A DNA stretch of 63,630 nucleotides, the filler included, from Perkinsus chesapeaki ATCC PRA-425 (taxonomy: Eukaryota > Protista > Perkinsozoa): assembly GCA_013115145.1 (NCBI GenBank). It is 6 parts of 6 records of this genome, joined end to end, with 100 filler letters (N's around TTAATTAATTAA, not from the genome) between each part and the next. Parts side by side here need not be neighbours in the genome. Positions count along the whole stretch, not along the records: positions 28,420 to 42,739 come from JAAPAO010000755.1; positions 42,840 to 59,295 come from JAAPAO010000706.1; 4 more parts are not named here. One strand, written 5' to 3'. A program made the translations under genes and the position numbers. Under the pieces are notes generated by a model. That model worked only from the letters and a program-made list of their open reading frames with translations, had not been told where the DNA came from and ran no database searches. Shown here in pieces: positions 37,122-49,877 of the stretch. Every line of letters begins with the position of its first letter. Position 1 is the first letter of the stretch.

Positions 37122-37562
37122 CAAGTTGCCATTGACAGCCCTCTACAGATCATCTTGTTACAAACGCAAGAGAAAACTTCATGTTGGAGTCCATAAAAGC
37201 AGGTTATTTTATACTCGTACGCGCATGAGCAAGAGGCGTGCGTACATAACTGCCATTCTATCCCAAAAAACTGTACTAGGGCACTAGCTATGAAGCTCCT
37301 AAGCTACAGAAAGGACTCGTAGCGAACTTGTTCTATAATAATTAATCATCATAATTGTAGGGTTGGTTCTGCTTGAGGTGTGCCCGACTGCAGAACTCGA
37401 GGCCATATTAGTCTCAGAAGAATAGAAAAACTCTGACTCTCACCTATTTCAATGAATCTAGTTACTAGTCCTTCTACGGACTTGACTTATCATAGGGATA
37501 TACGCAAGAACAATGGCAATGAGCAAGCGGCGCGTCACATCTGCGCACGCGTGCGGAAAATG

Positions 37563-37624
37563 TGCGGACTAGGGAGCATCCTAAACTCTCACATGCGGAC
37601 TAGGGAGCATCCTAAACTCTCACA
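37563..37624. repeat. 31-bp direct tandem duplication
   Basis: tgcggactagggagcatcctaaactctcaca at 37563 and 37594. Confidence 0.95.
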
Positions 37625-37802
37625 ATAATAAATCATCATTAGCTGGAGTTAGAGACCAACCGGAATGGTGACAATGGATCATACATCATCAACACGCGCC
37701 GGCATTGAAAGTCAGGCGCTGTGGGGCCCATGGCGTAGTTCCTGGGAGAACTTGTGTGTCCTGATTGACCATTATCAATGAGCTTGTCTCTGTATCATAT
37801 TC

Positions 37803-38468
37803 CTATCTGAAGTTGAGGTATATATACGGAAACTGAGAATAACCTGGGACATCGGGTATGACGTCAATGGCCCCATCGGAGCCGTTACTTAAGTGATAAA
37901 TCGTACCAATCATTGATATCCACACAAAGTCGCTATATAGTAGTAATCCCCTAAAACTATCAGCTTCAAAAGTGAAGCTTGACGAGCCGGATGGCCCTCT
38001 AAAGGGTTCCCCCTCCAGGCAGAGTTGCTGGTCGAGGGGTAAGTTTTGCACGAGATTCGATGTTGTAGGGGCACGACTGGTCGGGGAAACATGACTGCTG
38101 TTGTATACGGGTTTACCAGAGACCAACCGGAAGCGTACAATATGAGTAGACACGACAAGATGAATCTCCTTCAAGCTTTTTTTGTATATTAACCTCCAGA
38201 GGGGAAGGATGAATGGGAACGTTTGGGTATCATTTGGCAAGGTGTTGCCATGGAACACAATCAAGCCTGTTCTCTCATTTACACTATGATGTGTTCCCAT
38301 GAAGCCCAACCCAAACGTTTGAAATCCCACGAAGCCGTTAAAGCGGTGGTCATCGGATATTTTGAAATGAGATGGGCTGTTGCTATCCATATAGACTCCT
38401 TCGGGTATAGTAATCTGACCAATGCTTGAGGTAGCGGTGACAGCAACGATGATGAGGGAGTGCAGCAT
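37803..38468 (-). CDS. Lineage-specific secreted protein (signal peptide), single exon
   Basis: ATG at 38468 gives MLHSLIIVAVTATSSIG; open to the stop at 37803. Confidence 0.7.
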   Translation of the reverse strand: MLHSLIIVAVTATSSIGQITIPEGVYMDSNSPSHFKISDDHRFNGFVGFQTFGLGFMGTHHSVNERTGLIVFHGNTLPNDTQTFPFILPLWRLIYKKSLKEIHLVVSTHIVRFRLVSGKPVYNSSHVSPTSRAPTTSNLVQNLPLDQQLCLEGEPFRGPSGSSSFTFEADSFRGLLLYSDFVWISMIGTIYHLSNGSDGAIDVIPDVPGYSQFPYIYLNFR

Positions 38469-39484
38469 TATGATTTCCAGACAACTACAAGTCACAATAG
38501 CATGTGTGCTGTAGGATTGAATTTATAACTTAATATTACGCGACCATTCGTTCACCGAAAACTACCCGTAGCTATGTTAGGCTCGGTGACTGGGCGAGCG
38601 CGTCGCGTTGTCCCCCCCTGCACGCGTTTCGGTTTATAAGGTTCTTCTTTTCCGTCTGAGGTAGAGCCGGAGTAACTGTGGGGGGACCTCGCGCATGGTG
38701 GCCGGTTTTGTGTGCTGCCTACTCCTAGGATATATTATACAACTCAGCTGCTGGGCTCTCTTGTCCGTCTTTCCAAGTTACGGACAGAGCATGCCACTTG
38801 ACCAAATTAACATATTTCGCAGATATGTATTCCATGTCATGGAATACTTTCGCGCTTCGGTGGTTTGCCCCTCCCTGGGCGACCGCGAAGGGAACACCAG
38901 ATTGACTTGCAAGAGGGCAGGGTCCATATGCGTGCACTGGCTCAAGGGGTGACTCAGAATGTCTACTCAGAGAGCGGAATCCAAGCGTGACTGATTAGCC
39001 ATTATTTGGTGATTTTCACTCGGGAGTAGACTGCTAATAGACTAGAATCAGCATTTGCGAGGCTTCAGCTGAATCTGAAGAGTGGTTCCAGAATCACGTA
39101 GTGCTTGTTTCGCCTCATCTTCTTCGTAACCCCCGATTTAGAATTACGATCTAATGATTAGACAGTGCGAAGGATCAATGAAACTCGACCGTAGAATTGA
39201 GCCAGCGCAACTCCATGAACTATAAGTCATTGAATAGTACTCCTTGCGGAGATATTCAGTTATTCTGACTAATCATCAAAATATATGAATACCCAGAGGC
39301 AACGATTTACTAAATATGCATGGTAATGGCTATTATCGCCAACAACTAATCCGTACATGATGCACGGTACATCCATGTTTAATATCTGGGAGTTGGTGAT
39401 GAACCCACCTACTATGGAATAGCTTCGTTCGGATGACACACTTTAACATTCAGGGCCTCTTTCACAACAAACGTAAGTTCGTAG

Positions 39485-39596
39485 ATTCTTAGGGTAAGGA
39501 CTCTTATCCCACTTACTTAACTTACCGATGAGGCAGTTTCACGGAAAACTCAGACTTGACCCTAAGACTTAGGCTAAGAGACCTTACCTTAAGATT
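39485..39596. mobile_element. Candidate MITE (112 bp, 27-bp imperfect TIRs)
   Basis: attcttagggtaaggactcttatccca versus the reverse complement of taggctaagagaccttaccttaagatt matches 22/27. Flanked on both sides by TAG. Confidence 0.45.
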
Positions 39597-39779
39597 TAGT
39601 ATGTTATGGTACTGCGGAACCCTTGACACACTTCACGCGCGACGCGCGTGGCGTATGTTATAAACCGTTGACCCCCTACATCACTGAGACGAACCGCACG
39701 GATGACGGACATGACGTGACGTCATTGACGTCCTTTAATGCATCAACTTGCTGGAAGACGCTGCTCGTGCCGTTCAGCC

Positions 39780-42553
39780 TGCCTGCGGCATAGCTTCCCC
39801 TCTGCTGTCGCAAAATTTGTTAAACGCATACGCAATTGTAGAAGTGATCGGAAATCGATTGCGAAACGCGCAAGTGCAAAAGCATATAGTAAACTTGCTC
39901 TACGTGGAATTGTACCCACGAGGATTTTTCGAAGCGGGTATGAAGATTAGCGGTGCGAACTAAGTAGGGGAATACATTTTAAGCACGTAAGGCCAGGGCA
40001 GGGCAGTATTACTGCTCCTACTCCGCCACCAACTACTACCTTTCCACCTCCAACATTTCCCCCTCCATCATTCACTCCTCCATAGATCGAGAGAGATGAT
40101 GATATGACAATGACAGTAGAAGTGTTTTGATAGTCTTTATTATTACGTGTTGTGTATCAAGTTGTGATTTCGGAAATCGGATCTGCATGCAACATTTTGA
40201 CAGCGTTATGCGGTCGGAGCCGTTCCGCACTATGCAAACTTAGGGCTCAGCGGCAGCTGTCTATTGGGCGAATTATTTCTCCGAGGCTGCTGAGTTACTA
40301 AATAATAAGAATTTTTGTCGATTCGGATCTAGTTGGTTCGCTTGGGAAAGGGGACATTACCAATAGGTGGTGATGTGTTGATAAATGGCGCACAGTTGCG
40401 TGCTTCCTATATGCTTCGAGGCCACCGCGTTCCATAACTTATTATTATATCTCAATAGTTCGAGGCCCTCGAATCCAGTGAAAATAATGTTCCTCGGTCT
40501 GACCACGAATAGCCTTGATTTCTCACCATTTCCTCTTGCCATTTGGTGAATCACCAATGGTGATGTATAGTAGATTTCAATGTATCCACTTTCGATGGAG
40601 TATTTCAACAAAAAGCTCGACAAATTACCAAGGCTCACTATTCCAGGTCTCACGGTGACGTCTTCTCAATAGCGGGAAGCATACTATTGAAAATTTATCG
40701 GAAAGCTTAATCACTCGCTAGGTGTTCTTTAAATACTTCGGTGCATCGGATTCCGTTGTAGAGCGACTCAAGCCACCGGTTTTATATCAGCAAGTTCTTC
40801 TTTGCCGATGGGTGGTGTCTTTGGAAGTTGTATGAAGAACAAGGAATGGGCACTGACAAGTGTTATGCCGCATTCACGAGAATCTCGCCTGGGAGGATCC
40901 AATGAGGTGAAGCTCCGAGAATATGACTGGTTTACACACTGCTGAATCAGAACATTCTCGACTCGAGTGCTGGTATTGTGCGAACAGAGCCTGATGCTCG
41001 TCAGCAAGTGCTTAAACGAGCTAACACAGACGTGCAGCTCCGAAGAAGAGTTGTTCGAGTCCAGAGTGTAGGGATTTCTCTCTTGAGCCTGCCGCAGGCT
41101 GCCTGCGTAATTTCACATTCTCGGGCTTACTGTATCAACTTGCGCCCGTCGCCTAGCTCCGGTGAGCCTCATTCATTGGCTTGAAATTGGAAATTTTTCT
41201 GTGAGAAGTTCCGTTTCATTGAGAAAAGAGCTTTAGAGAGGATTGACAATCTCACGTGTAATAAGAGCGTGAGATTGTTAATGATCGCCCTTTTAGTCTT
41301 ATTAGTGGCAGTAGGTACGACCGAAGCCAGACGATGTGAAGCTTCATCGAACATTAGAACACTCCTCCCTCTACATGAGAAGACAGGCGTCAATGAAGAA
41401 CCGGCAAGAGAGAAAAGGAAAGCCCCAATTTAATGAATTCTTTTCTGTCCCTTAAACTTGCCAACTCTTACATGAGGTCCACGTACAAGTACATCTTGCT
41501 TTCTGAGTCAATGATTGACTCAAGACTAAGGTGGAACTCTAAGCTCCTTCGGCAACTACATTATTGCACTGCTCGTCACTTGATGAGTTTCTATCTAACC
41601 TACAACTCACAGCAACTAGCCTTTCCCGAGCGGTAACTCTGACCTTTTGTCCGCGGTAGCGTGGTACAAAGACTTAGTACTTCCCAATGTAACATGACTG
41701 AAAATGTGATTAATGAGTCACGCAACATGCATGTGCGGATATTAGGGAGGGCGGCATATTCTCATTTTTGCATTTTTTGCAAAACAATCGGTCATCAGCT
41801 ATCGCACCATAAACTGTGGTCGTACTTATTGAGCTGCCTAATGTATTATTGTATAGTTCCTGTACCGCTCGGAGTGTTGAGTTGGGAAAAATTGCGGAAC
41901 GATCGTTGCGAGCAATCGCTGCGTGGAACAATCATGCTTTGTCAGCGCACCCAGTACATGACGCTCTGTCTTCTCGGACGGCTCAACTTTGTTCCGTCCA
42001 CTAGTCAATTACTATAACATACTCGATGGGTTCCTGCTATCCACTGAATGCAGCCTCCCTAGGGGTCTCGCCCGGTAGGCAATGCTGAGTGTGAAACCAG
42101 CTAAAACTCTCAACGCGTCTTATGTCTTTGAGTTAAACTGAAGATAATGATGATGTGATAATGGGCGACGTCAGTCAGATGTTGCACGTGGGCAACTGTG
42201 AGCAGATTCGACTGTAAAAAATCAGCCTATTCAGACTTTGTAGCGTCTTGGTCGTCTGGTGAGGAGACAGGTTCCTCGGTCACGCCCCCGTGGGCACTCG
42301 TCGCGGCCTTTGACGTCGGCTCTGTCGAACTTGACGTGTCATCTTTCTTCTTGAAAAACTGGGATAGCCTGGCAGTATTCATCTTCTTCATCTTCTCCTC
42401 GATGTCGTTCTTGGCTTTCACCACTTCCGCTGGAAGCTTCCCTGATCTTCTGAGTTTCGGCCAAGTGCCCGTTCTTTCATATTCAGCCAGCGCGCTCTTA
42501 TACAGTGGGTCCGCGAGTGGCCACTCAATCTTCTTATGGGACTTGCTCTTCAT
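39780..42553 (-). mobile_element. Probable decayed, intron-containing hAT-like DNA transposase
   Basis: Ordered minus-strand remnants: K-rich first exon (42227..42553), BED-like DDRLFCKKCKNENM...AH (about 41780), catalytic-like SVLMFDEAS (about 41350), NRWLESLY resembling the TRW motif (about 40770), and FPYLVRTA..IPAS resembling the dimerisation motif (about 39950). Many stops and frameshifts. Confidence 0.45.
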
Positions 42554-42885
42554 TTAAATTAAACAGATTAATTAAACAGATTAAAAGTGGCGCGCGGCGC
42601 GCGCCACTTTTGGCGCTCTGGAATTTTTTTATTTTCCCCCCTTTGCGGTATGGACTTTATGGACTTTGCGGTATGCGATTTGCCCTCAGACACTCGGTCG
42701 TTCACATATGAAATTTCGCGCACGCGCACGACCAACTTTNNNNNNNNNNNNNNNNNNNNNNNNNNNNNNNNNNNNNNNNNNNNTTAATTAATTAANNNNN
42801 NNNNNNNNNNNNNNNNNNNNNNNNNNNNNNNNNNNNNNNAACCAACACTAACCTGACATTGAGTTATGCCAACCAGTTATCATGA

Positions 42886-45800
42886 CACCAGAGAAGAGGA
42901 GGATCGAGCATAATTCGAAGGTCTTGTACTGTAAGCAGTTCTGTTGGCTTACAAACCCCTCGTGTAAAATTATATTATATTCTTTCTAACTCGTCTTATG
43001 TTCCTGTCGTAGCGTTTATTGATACCGGAAGCGAGAAAAGTCTTGTTTCTGAGTCTCTTCTTTATCGATTATCTGTCTGTCACCAGGTATCTCAACCCTC
43101 GACTGACCGACTGTTGGGGATCAACAATCAGCCTATCGAGTCTGTGGGGAATATCTCCTTGACATTCTGTAGGGACAGTGAGGCGGTGTCTCTGGGTTCA
43201 TTTTCGTGGAACTATTCTGTTGTTTCTGATTTGACTTCTTTATCCTGCGAGGTCCTGTTAGGAGCCGATCTTATCGCCCGGGTTTTCGGCGGGATCGATC
43301 TCCGATATACTCATGGTGTTTTGAGTAGCGTGAAGGCTCGTGTTGTACCGAAATCACTTATTTCGGCTTCTGTTTCTGTGTCAAATCAAGTAGCGGTTCC
43401 TGTTACTAATTCCCCAGTTAGGCCCACTCCTGCTCTGTTTAAACCTCGTTTGAGTAATCGAGTTTCTCTTTCTTGCACTAATAATTGTATATCTATTGAA
43501 ACACGTGATTTTTCTGCATCCTGGAATGATGTGGATAAGTTTTGGTCCTTCTCTTGGAAGTGGAATGATCGGTTTTCTAGTGCTGTATTGCCTATTGGTT
43601 CAGGTATTACCCAATATCCTGTTAAGTTAACTGACGCTGAGTCTGCCCAGGTCGATAAGGAGCTTTCTGAATGGTTATCTCAAGGTATAATGGTTCCGTA
43701 TGTTGCCTCTCGTGATGGCCCTATTGGAGCGGTGTTGCCCTTACTACCGGTACGACAACCTCATAAGGTCTCGTCGCCTATCCGTATATGTGTGGATGCT
43801 AGAGACCTTAATGGTTATTTATGTTCGGCTCCTGGTTCTGATTTGGACTCGTGTACTGATAAGTTGCGTACATGGCGCCAGTTAAGTTCGAATGCTCAGA
43901 TTGTAGACCTTCGCCGCGCTTATCTTCAAGTGCGCCTTAATCCTCGGTTATGGAGATTCCAAGTAATTTATTGGAATTCCACTCCCTATGTGCTGACAAG
44001 AATGTCCTTTGGACTGGTGTGTGCACCGCATACCATGTCGTCCATTATACGGTACATTCTCGATTCGGCAAGGTTGCCTCCTTCTCGGGTTGATTCATAT
44101 CTTGATGATCTATATGTATCTGAAGTGTCCCTGGTGCCACGGGTGATTTCTTTATTTCAAAGTTATGGTTTACCTTGTAAACCTCCTGAAGATTTATGGT
44201 CTGGCCATACCCGTGTCCTTGGTTTACAACTTTATCCTCAACCTGATACTGGTTTGCTTTTCTGGACTCGCAGGTCTGACCTATCCTGTAAGTTACCGTC
44301 GTCATTGACTAAAAGGACGTTATTTTCTTGGGTAGGCCGCTTGGTTAGCCATTACCCTGTAGCGTCATGGTTGCGTGTTTGGGCTAGCTTTCTTAAACGA
44401 TTAGCCTGCTCGTCTATTGAAGCTAATGCGGCATGGGATACTCCCTTGCCTGCTTCTATACGCTCTTGTTGTGAAGAGCTCTATTCTCGATTTTCCTCCG
44501 ACGATGCGGTTTCCGGGGTTTGGTCCCTTCCGGCCAAACTCCCTCATGTTTATGATCTATTTTGCGATGCTTCCAGTATAGCGGTTGGTGTGGTACTGAA
44601 GCAAGGTCACTATGTTTTGGAAGATGGTTCATGGCTTATACCACCCTCTTCCCAACTCCATATTAATCTATTGGAGCTCAATGCAACTATTCGTGGTCTT
44701 ACGCTTGCTACCCATTGGAATGCTCGTAAAGTGGTTTTACACTGCGACTCTCGCACGGTTGTATCTTGGCTTACTAGCCTCCTTGAAGAAACTGGACCGG
44801 TGAGGGTATCAGGGCTTCATGAAACCTTGATACGTCGAAGGCTGGCTATCATAGCTGAGCTACTGGAGTCGGCTGGTATTTGCCTTACGGTGGCCTGGAT
44901 TGAAAGCCAGGCAAATCCAGCCGACTTGCTTACTAGGGTACCACAGCGGTGGGTATCCCTTTATTCCTCTTTTTCCACTCGTCGTGTGGAGGAGGAAGGT
45001 GTTGGTGATGGTTGTATAGCACAGCTGGAGGAAGATCCTACACGACAAAGACAAAAGGTTACATCAGCTGCGGTCACGGTAATGTCACCTCCCACTGTTT
45101 CGGTACAAGATCAACTTCATGATCCAATGTTATGTGAGGTTAGAGCGATATTGTCTAGACGACCTCCTGTTGATCCTGTTCGTGGTGCCAAGTTGGTACC
45201 GCCTCCATACCGTAAGGTATACCCACAGCTCTGCATTGGACGGTCTAAACTGTTCTGTAGGCAGCTTAATGTACCTCCTAATGTTAATGTTAAGGTACCT
45301 GTAGTTCCGGCTGCTCAAATCGGTGAGTTTATTAAATGGGCTCACGTTGAGGCTGGTCATGGTGATTGGACTGGTACATGGAAATTATTAAGAAGGAGTT
45401 GTTATTTCCCTGATATGGCTGTCAAAGCTCAGCAGTATATAAAGGACTATTGCCCTTCGTGCCGAGCAACTCGACATCACCGAAATCAAGCTACTACTGG
45501 TGCAGCAACTACGATTGGTGATGGTCCGTGGGATATTATATATGCTGACACTCTTTCTATGAATGGTATAACGTATCTGGTAGTGACGGATTCGTTTACA
45601 AAATGGATTGAAGCGATTCGGCTCCCGAGAAATGATGGTCGGTCGGTATGCAATGGTCTTGTCAGGTTATGTTACCGCTTTGGCGCACCAACGGTATTAA
45701 GGACTGATAATGGACCAGAGATGGCCAATCAATATGTTGATAGATTATGTGCATACTACCATATTATACATCGTCGAGGTGCGGCGCGTCACCCTCAATC

Positions 45801-46116
45801 CCAGGGCAGTGTTGAGCGTGCTAATAAGACCATACTTGGTATTCTAAGGAAGATTATTGGTGAAGCCAGGTCGGAGGATGAAGTCGATCTCTTGGTGCAA
45901 CAAGCGCTCTATCACTACCGGCTTCGTACTACTGCTACCCTTGGAATCTCACCGTTTTTGGCTATGTATGGTTGGGAGCCTCGGTCGACTCCTACTAGTC
46001 TACCTTCGTCGTTTAGCTGGGATTTAGCTACATGGGTTGATAAGCAGGTATATCAACGTGCTTGGTTGAATGACTATATTGATAATGTCCTGGGTCTGGG
46101 CACCAAAATGTACTAG
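42886..46116 (+). mobile_element. pol: Retrotransposon pol polyprotein: retropepsin - RT - RNase H - H2C2/rve integrase
   Basis: Frame is open from 42886, upstream of the ORF-track start. AFIDTGSEKSLVS (43021), YLDDL (44098), FCDASS, HINLLELNA, HCDSR, NPADLLTR, HVEAGH...CPSC, YADTL, LRTDNGPEM, HPQSQGSVERANKTI. Confidence 0.95.
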
Positions 46117-46242
46117 AACCCGACAAGTCTAGTATGTTGAAAAGTATATATTATGGAGTAGTAGGAAAGAAACGGGAGACACATAGCTTAGCTACACAGC
46201 TTAAACCACACAACGCATCATCATCGTCTTCATTCTATTACA

Positions 46243-46707
46243 ATGGTACTCGCTGAAACCGCAGCAAGCATCTTCTCACCATTTTTCTTGGGTCACTCGG
46301 TGTTTGGACCATTTGGCGGATTTTCTATCACCGCCAGACCCCCCATAACCGGCGATCACATGCCTGTCGCTTTCAAGACCGACGGTGTGGACGAGGTTAA
46401 AGGATATAACGTCAAATACCACATCGAGGGCTCTGGACCATGGTATCTTAAGCTCGATGAGCAACATTCCGATAACATGCAGTTCGTTGATGGCCTCAAG
46501 AGCCTCCGTGTAATCGGTCCCGACGTGAGTCTGAAAGATGTGTACTTCACACTTACCGAACAAGCAGGATGTGGCGTCAAACTGCACTTCGTGGTGGAAT
46601 TTGATGAGGCGCTAAGTGACGTAAATCGTCATGAACTAGTGATGGATACTCACATATGCGAAGACTCGGCGTCCCTGTATCCTTGTATCAATGATATAAC
46701 TACCTAA
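46243..46707 (+). CDS. Lineage-specific hypothetical protein, single exon; 5' end possibly damaged
   Basis: 154-aa ATG ORF directly downstream of pol. Confidence 0.6.
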   Translation: MVLAETAASIFSPFFLGHSVFGPFGGFSITARPPITGDHMPVAFKTDGVDEVKGYNVKYHIEGSGPWYLKLDEQHSDNMQFVDGLKSLRVIGPDVSLKDVYFTLTEQAGCGVKLHFVVEFDEALSDVNRHELVMDTHICEDSASLYPCINDITT

Positions 46708-49700
46708 TATCTTCAAAGTTTTCTTGCAGAGGCTAATAGATCAGCGCTTTAGGGATCATGACTTCGATTCGAACTCCTCATCACTTGAGTACGAGAGTTT
46801 AACCATTCTCCGGTGCAATGTGTACCGTGTGATATATCTAACCTCATCGGCTCCTATAGCCAATCAAGTAAGTCATACTGTTATGAGAGCTCTCAAAGCC
46901 TTATCGATAGTTATCGAAGTCTTAGGCTAGTCTTACCTATTATCTTATGATCCAAATCATATTGTTGCGTATATGTCAATTAGCAACTGTTATTACCCCG
47001 GACCAAAAAGAGTAACCGCTGAGTAACCAAATTTTTTGTAATCTCAGCATTTGGTACTTTGTTTGATATCCGGCGTCGTTAATCTACGGTAGATCATTCG
47101 GGAACCCCCGTTACGAGCCTGAAGTCTACCAGGGACCCAGAAACTTCTCACGCCCCGTGAGCCACGGGTACCGCGAGAGGTTTGAACAATATCCTTATAT
47201 CGGGGAGAGACTATGTATCAACATGGAGCTTGAGCACATCTCTGCTGTGTAATCCCTTGTGATCTCCTACACGGTCGGACACCTACTCAAGACCCCTACT
47301 TTCCGATGAAAGGTTTTCGTTTGCGCAATTTCATTACGAATTAATTTCATCGGTAATTTACAATACTCAGTGTTCTACTGTACTACAATTTATACAGTAC
47401 CATACGTAAGTGTTTAGGGGGGTTTCGTCTTATTAGTAGATATCGATTGCCTCGCAACACTGCGGGATCGCTCGGCGACATACAGTATTCCGTTTTTGAC
47501 TAATGCTGGCTGCCGACCGCCTGATGGGCTGAGCGCTCAGTACCACGTCATTTGGAAGTCTTTCCTGGTGTACGGGCCGCGGATTCCGGGTTAGAATTTC
47601 GGGTAAAATGACTCCCGTGACTGAGTATAGTAGGCAGCGAGAGCAACAGCAGCAGCTGACCCAACTTCGTCCTAATTCGAGGGTCGCCCGAGGCATCGCA
47701 AGACTCGTCAAGGTCCGGAGGACTGAAGGGCCAAGAGATGGTGTTAATGGACGACGCCATACTGTATGATGCAGCAAACACGTCCTTCTGCTGTATGACA
47801 CATACATGCAGTATCGATCGTTATTAAGGATTGTTTCAATTGACTCCAAGAGCTCGGCCCGTGTGCGTGAGTTTCTAGCTCAAGGCCAAAAATGGCTTAG
47901 TTAGACTACCCATTCTATCTGCTACTACTGCCGGTAACTGGTGTTAATAGATCCTATTCATCCTAGTAGAATTCACTTATGCATTCACTGAAAGCCTGTG
48001 TACAACTACCAAAACACAACGGCTCTCAAGGTATTTCGACTTGTTGCACGCATGCGTTCTCGTTGAGGAATTGTAAGTGAGCAAGAGATTTGTTTTTTTT
48101 CCCTTCGACACGGAAACGATCATCACGCAAGGATGCTGAGGTCATCTATCAACACCATACATGAATATGATGATTCATTCAAGTACCAATGCACCCGAGT
48201 TCGATCCCTTGTTGAGGCGTTTTGTCAGTGGGAATGAAAACAAAGGCAAAAGTGCCACTCCTAGTGAATCGATGGAAGAGATAGCAATTGAGATTTTACA
48301 TCTGCGAGAGAAAATACAAGTGAGCAAAAACTGTTGACGTTCTTTTCGATAGGTTATGGAATATTTCTACTGGTCCCTTAGTCACTAAAAATAAAAACGT
48401 TCTTCCTTTCTTAAAAAATAAAGCACCGTCGATTTTTCTCTTCTGTGGCGAAGCATTTGTCAAAACAAGAAAAAGCGAATTTTCTTGTGGAGAAGGTGGC
48501 CGATGACATGAATCGGTGAAATGTTCACAAATGTTTAGTATTTCTCATTTTAGTTGTTCGGATTGATATTAATTTCCCCCGTAGCATTCTGGTTCCATGA
48601 GACTGATTCATTCCTAATTTTTCCCCGTATACGCAGTCACTCAGTGAAGTGGAACTCGTCCGTTTGGCTTCCCTAGTAGTACAAACACTCGAATTGAAGC
48701 ATAATATTGACAGCACCATGTCAATATTAAATTGTATAACACAATAATTGCTAAGTATAATAACATGCCTTATCATAATGAGCAAGCCCGAATCGCCGCT
48801 CTACTAGAAGCCCTTGAAACTCAGAGCCCCCTAAATCCTTGCTGCTCGAAATACGCCTTGAGACGAATTGGATACTCCACCGGAGACAACTAATTTGACG
48901 TTGCTTTTTCCTGCCAATATTAGAACTTATTCCTCAAAAGCCCATGAAGCTCAGCTATGGAGGGTCTTCTTCTGATACTATTCCATCCAGTGAAATAACT
49001 GTGGTTGTTCTACTCAGGCACATTCCGCCTTGCAGCAACGTTATCTAGCACGTGTATCCAGTCTCAGGAGGACACCGGTGGCACTTTGGAGTACCCTACC
49101 CTTCAAACTGTCAACACGAGGAGGTGAGGTCGAAAAATTCCCAGATTTTGTTAAGTGATCGGCTGGACGTTGCCTGTGTGTCTGAAATGTTCTCCATGCA
49201 GTGAATTTTTTGAACACTGTCCAGTCCTTAGAAAAGGGTTAGAAAATACGCCGACGAACCTTAATACAAAGTTTTTGAATTAAGAGCATCTATCGATATT
49301 AGTTGTCTATCAAGTCTGCCGTCTTTACATGCATTTGTCTAATTGGATACTTTTCAGCTTTATCCACTGAATCAGTATCGCGGCTCGAGTACGAGGTTGT
49401 TAAGTGCATTGATGGCCTATTAAACGGTCGGCTGGTGGACCTATCGAGGGACTTGCCACAATTGGTAAGCTAGAAGATACTCGGAGTTGTTTTTGACATC
49501 CGAAGACTTCCAAATAAGATCGGAGGTGATAGGTTTTGGAAGTTCAAGATTCTCGTAAACAGGAAAAACGAAAAATTTCAATTACTAGAACGGGGCAAAT
49601 GAATGAATGGGAGTTCCAGTTGGATGAGTTGGATTTTTCCAGGTCAACAGTCTCGCTAAGTTTGCGGCCGATCCGCCATCTGCCGAGATGCTGAAGTCAG

Positions 49701-49877
49701 TTACTCCTTTCATTGCTGTTATCGACGTCCGTCGGTTGCCCGATCACAAAACGTAAGTTCTTGGGTTTCCCTAGTACCTTGTTAGGAAATCTCTTGCAGG
49801 TCTCTCGTGGGAGCTTTCACTGAGATCTTGCTGACACTGCAGGCTCTGAGCAGCACGCATAATTCGGCAAGGTGAGA

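Noticed and set aside
41661-42017. CIFCKTIGH as a gag zinc knuckle for the neighbouring pol
   Set aside because: It lacks the final Cys, is on a different contig, and is the antisense shadow of the minus-strand CKKC finger.
47878-47899. Minus-strand AGCCATTTTTGGC as a relic spliced leader
   Set aside because: Only about 13 nt match with an indel, the CCGT and TCAAG ends are missing, and the downstream gene is unverified.
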